This document shows, one piece after another, positions 8,836-17,764 of a DNA stretch of 40,012 nt (its first letter is position 1; every line of letters starts with the position of its first letter). The DNA is from a virus, in IMG/VR virus record IMGVR_UViG_3300045391_003027, one strand, 5' to 3'. Position numbers and translations under genes: made by a program. The notes under the pieces are model-generated. The model ran no database searches. It saw only the letters and a list, made by a program, of their open reading frames with translations, and had not been told where the DNA came from.

Positions 8836-10457
8836 CAGTATTCCGCCGCCTGCCGCGGTCGCTCGCGAGCAAAGCCGTAGTCAGTCTTGAATTCCGGCAC
8901 GAAGTCATCGCGCTTCGTTCGCGCGTTGAGCGCGTCGAGCTGCGCGGACATTTCGTCGAGTTGCTTTTGCTGCGCACTCAGTGCGCCCGTGTTCACCAAC
9001 GATAGTCGCTGGGTATCGACGCCAAGTTTGCCGTCCGGGCGCTTGACGACCGCGGTTGAGCCGGCTGGCGTCGCCGCCAAGTCCTGCGCCATCGGGCCGT
9101 AGTTGCGGCGGTCGTTTGCGCCGGGCGCACCGGGGTCTTTGTAGTCGTAGAAGCTACCCGGCGCCTTGCGGACGGCGTCCTGCGCGGCAGCATCGAGCGC
9201 GTCAGTATCGGGTGGCCGCAGCTCCGGGCGCGGGAAGTCGTCAGCGCCGAAGAACTGCTGTTGCATCGGAGTAGCAGCCGAAACCTGTGCCTCGGCGTAG
9301 GCTGGTCGCGCCGTTGCGCTGTGGAAGCCTTGGCGCTCGGTCGGGTCGTAACCGCCCATCTCCTTCGGGCGCTCGATCGTGCCGTCGAAGTAGAGGCCAC
9401 GGCCGAAGTCGGAGCCTGCGCCCTCGTCGCCACGAATGTTCGTTTTGGCGCGGACGTCGGACATGGCCGAAATGAGAGCCGCTGCGCCAGCTACGTAGGC
9501 GCTGGTGTTTTGGTCGTCGCGCTGCTGCTCCTGCAGGTTGTAGCCGTTGGCTGCTGCCCACGCGCGCAGCTGGTTGTCCTCGTATGACTTGCCCAAGTCG
9601 GCTTGGGTGCCGCGGATCTGATTCCCGGTGTTCTGCGCGCCCACCGATGTCTGGTAGCCAGCGTTGGCGTTGCCGTAGCCCTGCTGCTGGACTCCAGCGC
9701 CCTGGAAGTATGCCTGCTGACCGAGCCCGGTCATGCCCTGAACCATGGCGTCGTTTTGGCTCTGGCTCTGCAGCAATTGGTTGTTCGCGTTGAGCACGTT
9801 GCCTGCCTGGCGACGGCGCCAGTCAGCGTTCTCCTGCGCGCGCAGCTGCGCGGACCCTGTTGCTTGGTTCGCGTCGAGGGTGGCCAGATTCGTCTGCGCT
9901 TGGCCCATCGAGGCAGCGTTGGAGCCGAAGCCGCGGCCCGATCGCGCCAGCGCGAGCTGTGAAGCCATCGCCTTGTCGGTGCCGGCTTGCAGCTGCGCCT
10001 GCGCGGCACTGGGTCCCTCCTGCTGCTCGAGCCCGGCGACGTATTGTGCCCACGGTTTGCCGGTGTCGCGCGAATCGAAATAGGCAGCGTCGCCTGTGCG
10101 TTGCTGGAGTAGTTGCCTACCGCCGTATGCAACGTCGTTACCGGCAGCTGCCGCTTGCTGCCCGCTTTGCACCGCGGCATCACCGGTGCCCCAGGCTTTG
10201 TTGACCGCCTCGTCCGCGCCAAATGGCGTCCGGCCGTACATGTAATCGCGCGGGTCCGCACCGCCGTGCTGGTAGGCAAACAGCGGGTTGTCCTGGGTGT
10301 CCTTCCACGTGAAGTCGTAGCTGTTTTCGTAGGGCGTCCCGGCGAAGTCGGTCCGGTGTTGCGTCTGGTAACGAAAGTCGCTGCCGCTACCATCGTCGAA
10401 AAGGACGCCTCCCTTACCCTTCGCGTCATCCTCTGCGCCGCCATCCCAGAAAGACAT
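8835..10457 (-). CDS. Gln/Asn/Gly/Ala-rich virion protein (540 aa) ending in a peptidase-S74-like intramolecular-chaperone module
   Basis: MSDVRAKTNI (about nt 9464) matches the SDxRxKxNI autocleavage signature. ...GSFYDYKDPG...NYGPMAQDLAATPAGSTAVVKRPDGKLGVDTQRLSLVNTGALSAQQKQLDEMSAQLDAL matches the remainder of the domain. Confidence 0.55.
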   Translation of the reverse strand: MSFWDGGAEDDAKGKGGVLFDDGSGSDFRYQTQHRTDFAGTPYENSYDFTWKDTQDNPLFAYQHGGADPRDYMYGRTPFGADEAVNKAWGTGDAAVQSGQQAAAAGNDVAYGGRQLLQQRTGDAAYFDSRDTGKPWAQYVAGLEQQEGPSAAQAQLQAGTDKAMASQLALARSGRGFGSNAASMGQAQTNLATLDANQATGSAQLRAQENADWRRRQAGNVLNANNQLLQSQSQNDAMVQGMTGLGQQAYFQGAGVQQQGYGNANAGYQTSVGAQNTGNQIRGTQADLGKSYEDNQLRAWAAANGYNLQEQQRDDQNTSAYVAGAAALISAMSDVRAKTNIRGDEGAGSDFGRGLYFDGTIERPKEMGGYDPTERQGFHSATARPAYAEAQVSAATPMQQQFFGADDFPRPELRPPDTDALDAAAQDAVRKAPGSFYDYKDPGAPGANDRRNYGPMAQDLAATPAGSTAVVKRPDGKLGVDTQRLSLVNTGALSAQQKQLDEMSAQLDALNARTKRDDFVPEFKTDYGFARERPRQAAEY

Positions 10458-10459
10458 GC

Positions 10460-13400
10460 TTAACCTCGCTCTCCCGTGTTGACGCGCCTGCTGCCGCCGT
10501 GGCTGTCGTCGATGTCCAGGGTCCAGCCCATGAAGCGCCAGCCGTGGCCCGCGGTCGTCAATCGGAGACGCGCCGCCGTGCCGTTCATCACAGCTTGGAT
10601 GTGCGCGCGGTACCCCGGCGCATCGAGTCCCGACATGCTGAACGTCGTACCGACGTCGTTCGCGTTGTCGACGTGCACGAAAAGCGAGGCGTCCGCGTTG
10701 GTGTAGCCGCTCGGCATCGCGTCAAAGAGCCCGACCACATTGTTGAACCGGCCCCAACCAGCGACGCCATAGGGGCGGATGGCGTTCCATTCGAGCTCGC
10801 TCGCGATGGGTGCCTCGCCCGCAGCCCCCTCGGCATCCACCGTGAGGCTGCCGTCCTCGAGCAAGAAGCCGTAGCCGTCGGCCGTGTTGGACACGAGCGC
10901 AAGCACAGCGCCCTGCTCGGTGTCGCAAATGGACATGATTTCAAACGGGTACTCATCGACAGCCCAAGCCCCGCTATCCAGATCGAAGGTCAGCACGTTG
11001 ACGGTGCCGTTGCAGAAGCGAGCTGTGCGCGTCTCGTCGGAGGTGATGACGGCGCATCCGGTGATGCTGTCCTCGGTCACATCGAACGAACGTTGCACCG
11101 CCGCGCCGACGAAGCGCGGTTCACCCAGGCCACGGGGTAGCAGCTCGAGCCCGCGCGCGCTCTGGAAGAAGATTCCCGCGCTCGTTTCCAAGATGCTCAG
11201 GTCATTGACGCACCCGGTCGAGCGCGTGATGCACCGCGGAGTGTCCCAGGCGCCCTGCCCCTGGTCGCTCGGGCCGCCGCCCTGCACTGCGTAGATGCCC
11301 TGTGCTGTGAAGAAGATTGTGATTCCGTCTTGGAAGGCAATGCCGGTCAGTTCGTCCGGCACCGCGACGCGGAAGGCAGGCGAGTCGCTGAATTGCGGCG
11401 GCTCGCCCGGCACGGAGAACTTGCTGCTCTGGGCCTGCTCCCGATCCCAAAGCCCGGCGAGCCAATAGCGGTCCTCGGTGGCTTTGATAATTCGGCAGCT
11501 GGGTGGGTGGTTGTTGTCTAGTACTCCGCCGTCCGTGTAGATGTCCTCGCGCGTCAGGATCGAGGCGTCATCGAGCAGGTCGACGAACGTAGTCGTCCCG
11601 TTTGGCACGATGGGCGCGCCCTGCGCTGGGGTGCAGCGGAAGAAGTTCTGCCCGTTCGCTTCGGTGCGGTAAACGTGCACCACGTAGCGACTGTCGAGCG
11701 CCGGATCTCCCGCCGACGACACACGGGCATAGCGGCGCAAAATATTCGCCGGGAAGCCCAGTGACAAGGTCATCGTATTTTGCCCGACGCCCGTCGACTG
11801 CAACATGACTGGGCTGGGCTCGGAGCGAAGACGGCGGCCGCGGCTATCAATGCGCTCGACGACGGCGCGGTACTGGAATTGGGAGCTGGCCGTGAGCGAG
11901 CCAGCGCCTACGCTTGGGGTGGCGCTGATGATGGTTGGCCCAAAAATCCCAACGTCCAGCCCGTACTCTTGAGCCGCAAACGCGCCATCCAGATTGGTCC
12001 CGAAGGGGTGATCTGAGATGACGGGCTCGCCTGGAACGAGCACCATCCCACTCGCAAGCGGCGCGGCGCGGCGCGCCTCCGTTTCGAACAGCAACCACTC
12101 GGAGAGCGCAAAGCCGCGGATGCCGCCCGTTTCGTTGCGCACCACGCGCGGCAGGCCGACTACCCACGTTCCGTCGTTGAGCCGCGCCGGTGTTGCCAGC
12201 GCCTGCAGGTAGTAGCCACCCCACCACGTGGTATTGCTGCTCGGCGCATAGAAAGAATCGGTAACGAGCGCCACCTTAGGGTTGAGCAGGCGTGCCGCGT
12301 TCCCAAGGCGATCCCGCGCGAAGTCGAGCAGAATATTTCGCGAAGGGCCGACGTTCCCGATCTGCAAACGCCCCCAGAACATGCCGGCATTGAACGGCGC
12401 CGTGAGCGGTAGCACACCGTGAATGTCGCCGTCGGTTCCGGGCGTCGTCAGCGTCCCTGTGGCTGTAAGCAACATTGGGCGAGTGAGGTCGGAAGAGACG
12501 CTGCCGCCCGCGCCGAGTGAGCGTCCCACCAGTAAAAATGCTTGCTGCGCGCCAGCGGTGCTCCGACCAAACAATGGCGGGGTGAGACTCAGCGTAGGGA
12601 TGGCAGTATCTGTGTAAACGATCTGCGTTCCGGCCGTCACGACCAACGCCGTGCTGTAGACGGTGGCGCGCGAGAGACAGTCGCCGAGAAAGTTCACATC
12701 GACGTAGCCGTGGTAAAGATGCGTCGAGTCGCAGTAGACACTCATCGGCTGGCTGCCGGTATTGGTCAGCGTGGTAGACGCGACCGAGGTCAGCCCCTGC
12801 ATCTTGCGAATGGTGATCGTGGTCGCGCCGCTTTGGTACGTGAGCGCCCACCCGACGCCAGGCCAGTTGCACACGGCCCAATACCCGCTCGCGCCAGTTA
12901 GCGTGCCGACGGTCGAAAAGGCGCCCATGGTCGCGCCCGAATCGCTCACGGTGATAATGGCCGCCTGCAGCGCCGTACCGTCGCGCTTGAGTACGACAAA
13001 GGTGCCCGCGGTCGAGTCGTCGGCAAGCACCCACCCGGCAGTGGCGTTCCCGATCGCGAACTGCTGAAACGTTGCGACGAGCGTGCCGCCCTCGGTAAAC
13101 ACCTGGCAAATCCAGCCGTTAGTCTCCGGGTTGACGCCACCACCTTCGTTGATCGAATGCAACACCGCGACGTAGCCGCTCGCCGTGGCCTGACTCAGCG
13201 GGAAAGGCGTGGGGGTGTTGCTACTAACGCTCAACTCCTCGCGCGCGATCGTCGTGAGCTTGCCTTTGGGCAGGGCATTGCCATAGCTGCCCGCCACGTG
13301 CACGCGGTTCTTGTCGAGGTCGTAGCGAAAGCCGAGCCCCTGCGAACCGAACATGAATCCGCCCGGGCACGGGGCGAGGTATTCCGGACCGGCACCAGCC

Positions 13401-13594
13401 AGGCTGGCGTAGGTGATGGCGGCGCTCGTCGCAATGGCGAGCGCACGCGTGCCGCGTCGACACTGCACCTCGCCCTGGTAAGGGAACCGCACGTTTTTGG
13501 CCACGCGCAGAGTCCCGAGCGGCGCGACGTGCTCCGACAAATCCTCGCGGACGCCGGGCAGCACGGGAACGGAGAGCGGCTTGGTGTTGGCCAT
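10460..13594 (-). CDS. Large tail protein (1044 aa), possibly nozzle or tubular-tail-protein-B-like
   Basis: Long high-GC3 ORF rich in beta-type sequence. Size and position resemble podovirus nozzle proteins. I see no diagnostic motif, so the function is positional inference only. Confidence 0.35.
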   Translation of the reverse strand: MANTKPLSVPVLPGVREDLSEHVAPLGTLRVAKNVRFPYQGEVQCRRGTRALAIATSAAITYASLAGAGPEYLAPCPGGFMFGSQGLGFRYDLDKNRVHVAGSYGNALPKGKLTTIAREELSVSSNTPTPFPLSQATASGYVAVLHSINEGGGVNPETNGWICQVFTEGGTLVATFQQFAIGNATAGWVLADDSTAGTFVVLKRDGTALQAAIITVSDSGATMGAFSTVGTLTGASGYWAVCNWPGVGWALTYQSGATTITIRKMQGLTSVASTTLTNTGSQPMSVYCDSTHLYHGYVDVNFLGDCLSRATVYSTALVVTAGTQIVYTDTAIPTLSLTPPLFGRSTAGAQQAFLLVGRSLGAGGSVSSDLTRPMLLTATGTLTTPGTDGDIHGVLPLTAPFNAGMFWGRLQIGNVGPSRNILLDFARDRLGNAARLLNPKVALVTDSFYAPSSNTTWWGGYYLQALATPARLNDGTWVVGLPRVVRNETGGIRGFALSEWLLFETEARRAAPLASGMVLVPGEPVISDHPFGTNLDGAFAAQEYGLDVGIFGPTIISATPSVGAGSLTASSQFQYRAVVERIDSRGRRLRSEPSPVMLQSTGVGQNTMTLSLGFPANILRRYARVSSAGDPALDSRYVVHVYRTEANGQNFFRCTPAQGAPIVPNGTTTFVDLLDDASILTREDIYTDGGVLDNNHPPSCRIIKATEDRYWLAGLWDREQAQSSKFSVPGEPPQFSDSPAFRVAVPDELTGIAFQDGITIFFTAQGIYAVQGGGPSDQGQGAWDTPRCITRSTGCVNDLSILETSAGIFFQSARGLELLPRGLGEPRFVGAAVQRSFDVTEDSITGCAVITSDETRTARFCNGTVNVLTFDLDSGAWAVDEYPFEIMSICDTEQGAVLALVSNTADGYGFLLEDGSLTVDAEGAAGEAPIASELEWNAIRPYGVAGWGRFNNVVGLFDAMPSGYTNADASLFVHVDNANDVGTTFSMSGLDAPGYRAHIQAVMNGTAARLRLTTAGHGWRFMGWTLDIDDSHGGSRRVNTGERG

Positions 13595-14025
13595 CAGGGT
13601 GCCGTGAACCAGTTCTGTCCGTCGTTTTTGAGGACGTAGAGGCCCTGGGTGTTCTTCAGCAGTGAAGCGGCGCCGTTGATGAGCGGCCGATCCTTACGGT
13701 TCATGCCGAGTCCCGTGGGCACGAGCTCGGCTACGTTGCCGGTGTCGAGCAGGATGAATTCGAGCGGCACACCGATGTAACGCGGCTCGATGCGCGGGAG
13801 CTGCACCGCCGCATCCCCCATCAACAGCAGACGATTCAGTACGCCCCACTTGAGCACGCCAATCTCGTCGGAGCGCAGCAAAGCAATTTTCTCAGTAGCC
13901 GGCCGCAGCAGAAACATGCCCGACGCGAACGAGCGCACGAGCTCGCGCAGCGCCGTGAGCGTGCGCTGGCCGGCGTCGGGAGAATCCGCGACGGATGGGA
14001 ATGCGGTGGCGGGGGCCTGGTTCAT
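13594..14025 (-). CDS. Hypothetical tail-module protein (143 aa)
   Basis: I re-set the start to the ATG at 14025-14023 (MNQAPAT...), which overlaps the tailspike stop as ATGA. The end is coupled by 1 nt to the next gene. Confidence 0.45.
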   Translation of the reverse strand: MNQAPATAFPSVADSPDAGQRTLTALRELVRSFASGMFLLRPATEKIALLRSDEIGVLKWGVLNRLLLMGDAAVQLPRIEPRYIGVPLEFILLDTGNVAELVPTGLGMNRKDRPLINGAASLLKNTQGLYVLKNDGQNWFTAP

Positions 14026-16097
14026 AGCGTCGCCGCGCTCACTTCCACCCATGCGGCCAGCGACGAGCTGCGGCGGTAGCGCACTGATGTGCCGGGCGTC
14101 AGAACCTTGCCGCCAAATACGGTCAGACCTGATGCGCCGGTCGCGTTCGCGGTGCGCACGGCCTCGAACTCCAGGCCATCAGCAAGGCTGGCCGTTGGCG
14201 CCGTCATCGTCCGCGGCGCTGTGAGCGGACTGTCGAAAATCTGGGTCTGCGCGCTGTTTACGGTAAGCGTGGGGCTGGTGTCGCCGTTGTTCCCCGAGAC
14301 GCTGGGTTGCTGATAGATGCGGTGACCGGTGCCGAGCTGCAGATCGATCGGGGTATTACACTCCTGCAGGTCGTTCACACCGAGGCGGCAATTCTGCGCG
14401 TTGGTGTCGGCGAATACGCCACGGAGGCTAACCGGCGTGGTTCCGCCCGCCCGCACGCCTTCGACGAGGACCTTTTGGCAGAGCCCGGCGCCAGTCGCGT
14501 TGATGTAGACCGCGATGCCCGTCGCGCTCGTTGCGTGCTTGAGCGAGCCGCTCACCTTGACGTTGACCGAGTCGCGGATGCGCACGAGGTTCGCGCCGAC
14601 CTGGGTCGGTTCGGCCACGTTGACGTTGATATCACCCGTGTCGACGTTCTGAACCCAGACGCTCGCGTTCGCGTTCATGCAGCCGACCGCAGTGCAGCCG
14701 ACCATAGTCACGTTGCGCAGCGCCGTCGCGTTGATGGTGTTCGCGACGTAGAAGCTGATTCCGGTAGTATCCTCAGCAACGCACCCCGTCAGCTTGGCGT
14801 AGCGCACCGAGGCAGTCGCACCGCGCGTCGGGAACGTGATCCGGAAGCCCTCGGCCGTAGTGCGCACCGCGCGGCAGTTGGCGAGCGCGAAGCCTGACTC
14901 CTGGTCACTCTCGTTGTGGAGCACGAAGCCAGCATCCGTCGTGTAGTACGCCTCGCAATCCTCCAACGAGGCGCTCGGACACTCGATGTTGAAGCCGGCG
15001 CCCGTCGAGCTATACACGGTGCACTTCGCGAACTTCAGGTCCTCAGCCGCGGTGTGCGTATCGAAAGCGTCGCCGCCGCCACCGCCACGGGCCGGCGTGG
15101 TCGAATAGCACTTCATGCCGCGCCAGGTGATGCGCCGCGTAATGCCCTTCGTGGTCGTGCTGTTGCCGGTGGTCGTGATGTGCCGGACGCGCTCAGCGGT
15201 GAAGCAATCAACGTCGCAATCCTGACAGGCGTTGTCGAACAGGATGCCATACGCCTGCTGGTCGTTGACGAAGTCCTTCGCATGGCCGCCGCGGACCTTG
15301 CAGAAAATGGAGTCCTGGAACCAGATGCCGACAAGGTCGGTCCGCTCGAAATGCACGTCCTGAACAACGCATCGGTACGCCTTGAACAGCTGAATGCCGC
15401 GGTGGTCTTTGTCGCTGCCAGCCGTGGTGAGCGTCCCGCCGCCCAGAATCTTGCCGCCCGTGATGCGGACGTTTTCGATCGGCGTGACCTTGCTGGCCGT
15501 CGCGCCGTTCGCCGTGTTGTAGGCGCCGCCACGCAGCGGGGTCTCAAGCGTCACCGTAGTGCCGGCAACAGACGCCACGCGCACCAGCTCACCAATCTTG
15601 CTGTTGGTGCTGCTCGCGTCGAAAACGGAGTCCGAGCAGACGCGAATCAGGTCGCCTTGCACCAGCGTGGCGGCGTTTGGCGCGGAGAGGCTGATGCTGG
15701 TCGCTCCCTTCGCCGCGTTCGCGGTGAGCGCCAGCGTTGCGCCCTCGGAGCCCGCACCGGAGATCGCGCAGGTATCGTTGGCGGCGCCCGAGATATCCAG
15801 GACCGCCTTGGGGTCGAGCTCTAGGTGGAAGCCCGAGGCACACGTGATGCCGCCCTGGGAAAGATTGACCGTGCCGCCGTTGACCTTGACCTTGTAGCCG
15901 GTGACGACAGCGGCGTCGGCGAGCGCCTGCAATACCGCGCGGTCACCGACGGCATTGGCCGGCGTGTAGGCAAACGTCGAATTGACGATGTCTACCAGCA
16001 GCTGACCGACGCGAAGCGCCGTGTTGAAATTCGTGACGGTGGCGTCACGAATCTGCTGCGCGCGCGCCGCCGCGTCGTCGAGTGTGACTACGCTCAC
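14022..16097 (-). CDS. Tailspike or depolymerase with a right-handed parallel beta-helix (pectate-lyase-like) fold
   Basis: About 691 aa. Successive short repeats carry Cys/Asn/Val ladders (...VRITGGKILGGG..., ...CVVQDVHFER..., ...NCRAVRTTAEGFRI..., ...VTMVGCTAVGC...). I propose the GTG at 16097-16095, which overlaps the upstream stop as GTGA. The ORF track uses the TTG at 16109. Confidence 0.55.
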   Translation of the reverse strand: MSVVTLDDAAARAQQIRDATVTNFNTALRVGQLLVDIVNSTFAYTPANAVGDRAVLQALADAAVVTGYKVKVNGGTVNLSQGGITCASGFHLELDPKAVLDISGAANDTCAISGAGSEGATLALTANAAKGATSISLSAPNAATLVQGDLIRVCSDSVFDASSTNSKIGELVRVASVAGTTVTLETPLRGGAYNTANGATASKVTPIENVRITGGKILGGGTLTTAGSDKDHRGIQLFKAYRCVVQDVHFERTDLVGIWFQDSIFCKVRGGHAKDFVNDQQAYGILFDNACQDCDVDCFTAERVRHITTTGNSTTTKGITRRITWRGMKCYSTTPARGGGGGDAFDTHTAAEDLKFAKCTVYSSTGAGFNIECPSASLEDCEAYYTTDAGFVLHNESDQESGFALANCRAVRTTAEGFRITFPTRGATASVRYAKLTGCVAEDTTGISFYVANTINATALRNVTMVGCTAVGCMNANASVWVQNVDTGDINVNVAEPTQVGANLVRIRDSVNVKVSGSLKHATSATGIAVYINATGAGLCQKVLVEGVRAGGTTPVSLRGVFADTNAQNCRLGVNDLQECNTPIDLQLGTGHRIYQQPSVSGNNGDTSPTLTVNSAQTQIFDSPLTAPRTMTAPTASLADGLEFEAVRTANATGASGLTVFGGKVLTPGTSVRYRRSSSLAAWVEVSAATL

Positions 16098-16864
16098 GTA
16101 TAGCTCCAATCGAAAGTGCTGTCGAAGATGCCAGGGCCGCCCGCGATGCCACCGCCGCCAAATACCAGACGGCGACTCAGCGGGAACGAGCCCACGCGCC
16201 CACCGCGCACATCACGGCGGCGTGCCACGCTCGGCCGATCTCCGCGCAGCTTGGTCTTGAACTCCGCCTTGAGCTGCTCACAGCGCGCCACCGCGTTGTC
16301 GATGAGGCCGGGGTATTGGTCGCGCGTGAGCAGCGGAATCAGGCTGTTCCAGCGCACCCACTCTTCCCAGCCCACCATGCCATCGAACGTGTCGGAGCCT
16401 GCAACCAGGTCGACGAACACTCCGAGGTACCAGACGGTGATCGGAAACTCCGACTGCGGCGGCGGCAGGATGCCGATTACGTCGCCGTACTGAATCCACG
16501 CGGCCGGCACGCCGTTTTGCTGCAGGTAGTCGTTTCGCGATTCGAACGGCACCTTGTCGAGGTCGTAGGCCTGACCGTCCGCAATGCACTCGACGGCCTG
16601 CACATGCGCCACCGCCGGGTTGAGCGCCGACAAGTCGACCTCGCGCCAGACGTAAGGTGACGTCGCGCCGGTCGTCAGGTTCACGGTGTACGGCGTGAGG
16701 TAGAGCCCGAAGCCCTCCTCCGTCACCCACTCGCGAAAGCGCTGGATGCTCTGGTTGATCTCGCGAGTGAGCTTGGCGTCGGAATGGCGCAGCTCCGCCC
16801 CCTCGACGTCCGCCAGGTAGCGGAGATCGGCGATCAGGTCGTCGAGGGAGCGGGTGCGTGCCAT
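16094..16864 (-). CDS. Head-tail adaptor or tubular-tail-A-like protein (tentative, 256 aa)
   Basis: High-GC3 ORF between the head genes and the tailspike. The N-terminal helix region ...LTREINQSIQRFREWVTEEGF... recalls adaptor proteins. The function is inferred from position. Confidence 0.3.
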   Translation of the reverse strand: MARTRSLDDLIADLRYLADVEGAELRHSDAKLTREINQSIQRFREWVTEEGFGLYLTPYTVNLTTGATSPYVWREVDLSALNPAVAHVQAVECIADGQAYDLDKVPFESRNDYLQQNGVPAAWIQYGDVIGILPPPQSEFPITVWYLGVFVDLVAGSDTFDGMVGWEEWVRWNSLIPLLTRDQYPGLIDNAVARCEQLKAEFKTKLRGDRPSVARRRDVRGGRVGSFPLSRRLVFGGGGIAGGPGIFDSTFDWSYT

Positions 16865-16867
16865 GCC

Positions 16868-17119
16868 TCAGTTCACCGGCTCGGTGCTGCTGGTGCCGCT
16901 GGTGCCGCTGCCAGCACCTTCCGCGCCGGCCGCTTCAGGCTCCGGCGGAGGCGCGGGTGGCGGGGCCAACGCCATCGCAGCGGCAACCCACGCTTCCCGC
17001 ACGCGTGCAGGTAGCTGTTCCCACGCCTGAAGGTCGTACGGCGGCGCCGCGAGCCCGGCCGGAGCCTTGCCCTCGAGCGACGTGACGTAGGCCTCGTAGG
17101 CTTGTTTCGCTTGTTCCAT
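16868..17119 (-). CDS. Hypothetical small head/neck-module protein (83 aa, Pro/Ala-rich C-terminus)
   Basis: ATG-started ORF with high GC3, tightly packed between neighbouring genes. Confidence 0.4.
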   Translation of the reverse strand: MEQAKQAYEAYVTSLEGKAPAGLAAPPYDLQAWEQLPARVREAWVAAAMALAPPPAPPPEPEAAGAEGAGSGTSGTSSTEPVN

Positions 17120-17121
17120 GG

Positions 17122-17385
17122 TCAGTACTCCGGGCTCTCCATGCAGAGAGCGATGAGGCGCTTGAGCGCCGGGTATTGGTCCGCCGACATGTCGGGGAAC
17201 GCTTCGGCTGCCGCGGACTCGAAACCCGGCGGCAGCTCGCTTTGCTCGTCATCGGCGCCCATCGCGCCGGTGTCATCGGCGTCGGACATGGCGCCGCCGG
17301 GCGGAGGCTTGCGACCCCCGCCCTTGGGCTTGCCCGCCACGATGAGGGCCAGGTCCGGCCCGGCCATCTCGCGCGGTGCGGCCAT
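17122..17385 (-). CDS. Hypothetical acidic small protein (87 aa)
   Basis: I re-set the start to the ATG at 17385-17383 (MAAPREMAGPDLALIV...), which shares 1 nt with the upstream TGA. The longer ORF-track start would overlap the previous gene by 130 nt. Confidence 0.4.
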   Translation of the reverse strand: MAAPREMAGPDLALIVAGKPKGGGRKPPPGGAMSDADDTGAMGADDEQSELPPGFESAAAEAFPDMSADQYPALKRLIALCMESPEY

Positions 17386-17762
17386 CAGTCGGCCCTCATG
17401 TCGAGCTTGAAGGTGAGCCAGATTTCGTCGCCACTCGCCGGGTTCGTCGCAGTGCCGCCACCGTTGCCGATGACGAGTTGTGCCGTACCCGCCGCGGCGT
17501 CGTAGGCGGCCCACCAGTGCGTTTTCACGGTCCCAGCAGGCGAGTAGAGCTCCGCAAAAATGCGGGCCTTCTGTGCCTTGGGGAACGTAATGTCGTAGGT
17601 GCCGGCGCTCGCGTTCTTCGCGACCGTGACACCCGGATCATCTGCGGTCAGCGTGCCGACTGCACCGGCGGCCCCAATCGCTTGGGTCGCGCCGATATGC
17701 AGCCGGTCGCGCTTTGCGCATCGACCCGGCCAGTGCGGAACGTCTCCAGCTACGGCGGTCAT
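17385..17762 (-). CDS. Hypothetical beta-rich protein downstream of the capsid gene (125 aa); possible decoration protein
   Basis: The ATG lies 2 nt after the capsid TAA. Gly/Thr/Ala-rich beta-type sequence. The function is guessed from position only. Confidence 0.35.
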   Translation of the reverse strand: MTAVAGDVPHWPGRCAKRDRLHIGATQAIGAAGAVGTLTADDPGVTVAKNASAGTYDITFPKAQKARIFAELYSPAGTVKTHWWAAYDAAAGTAQLVIGNGGGTATNPASGDEIWLTFKLDMRAD

Positions 17763-17764
17763 GG

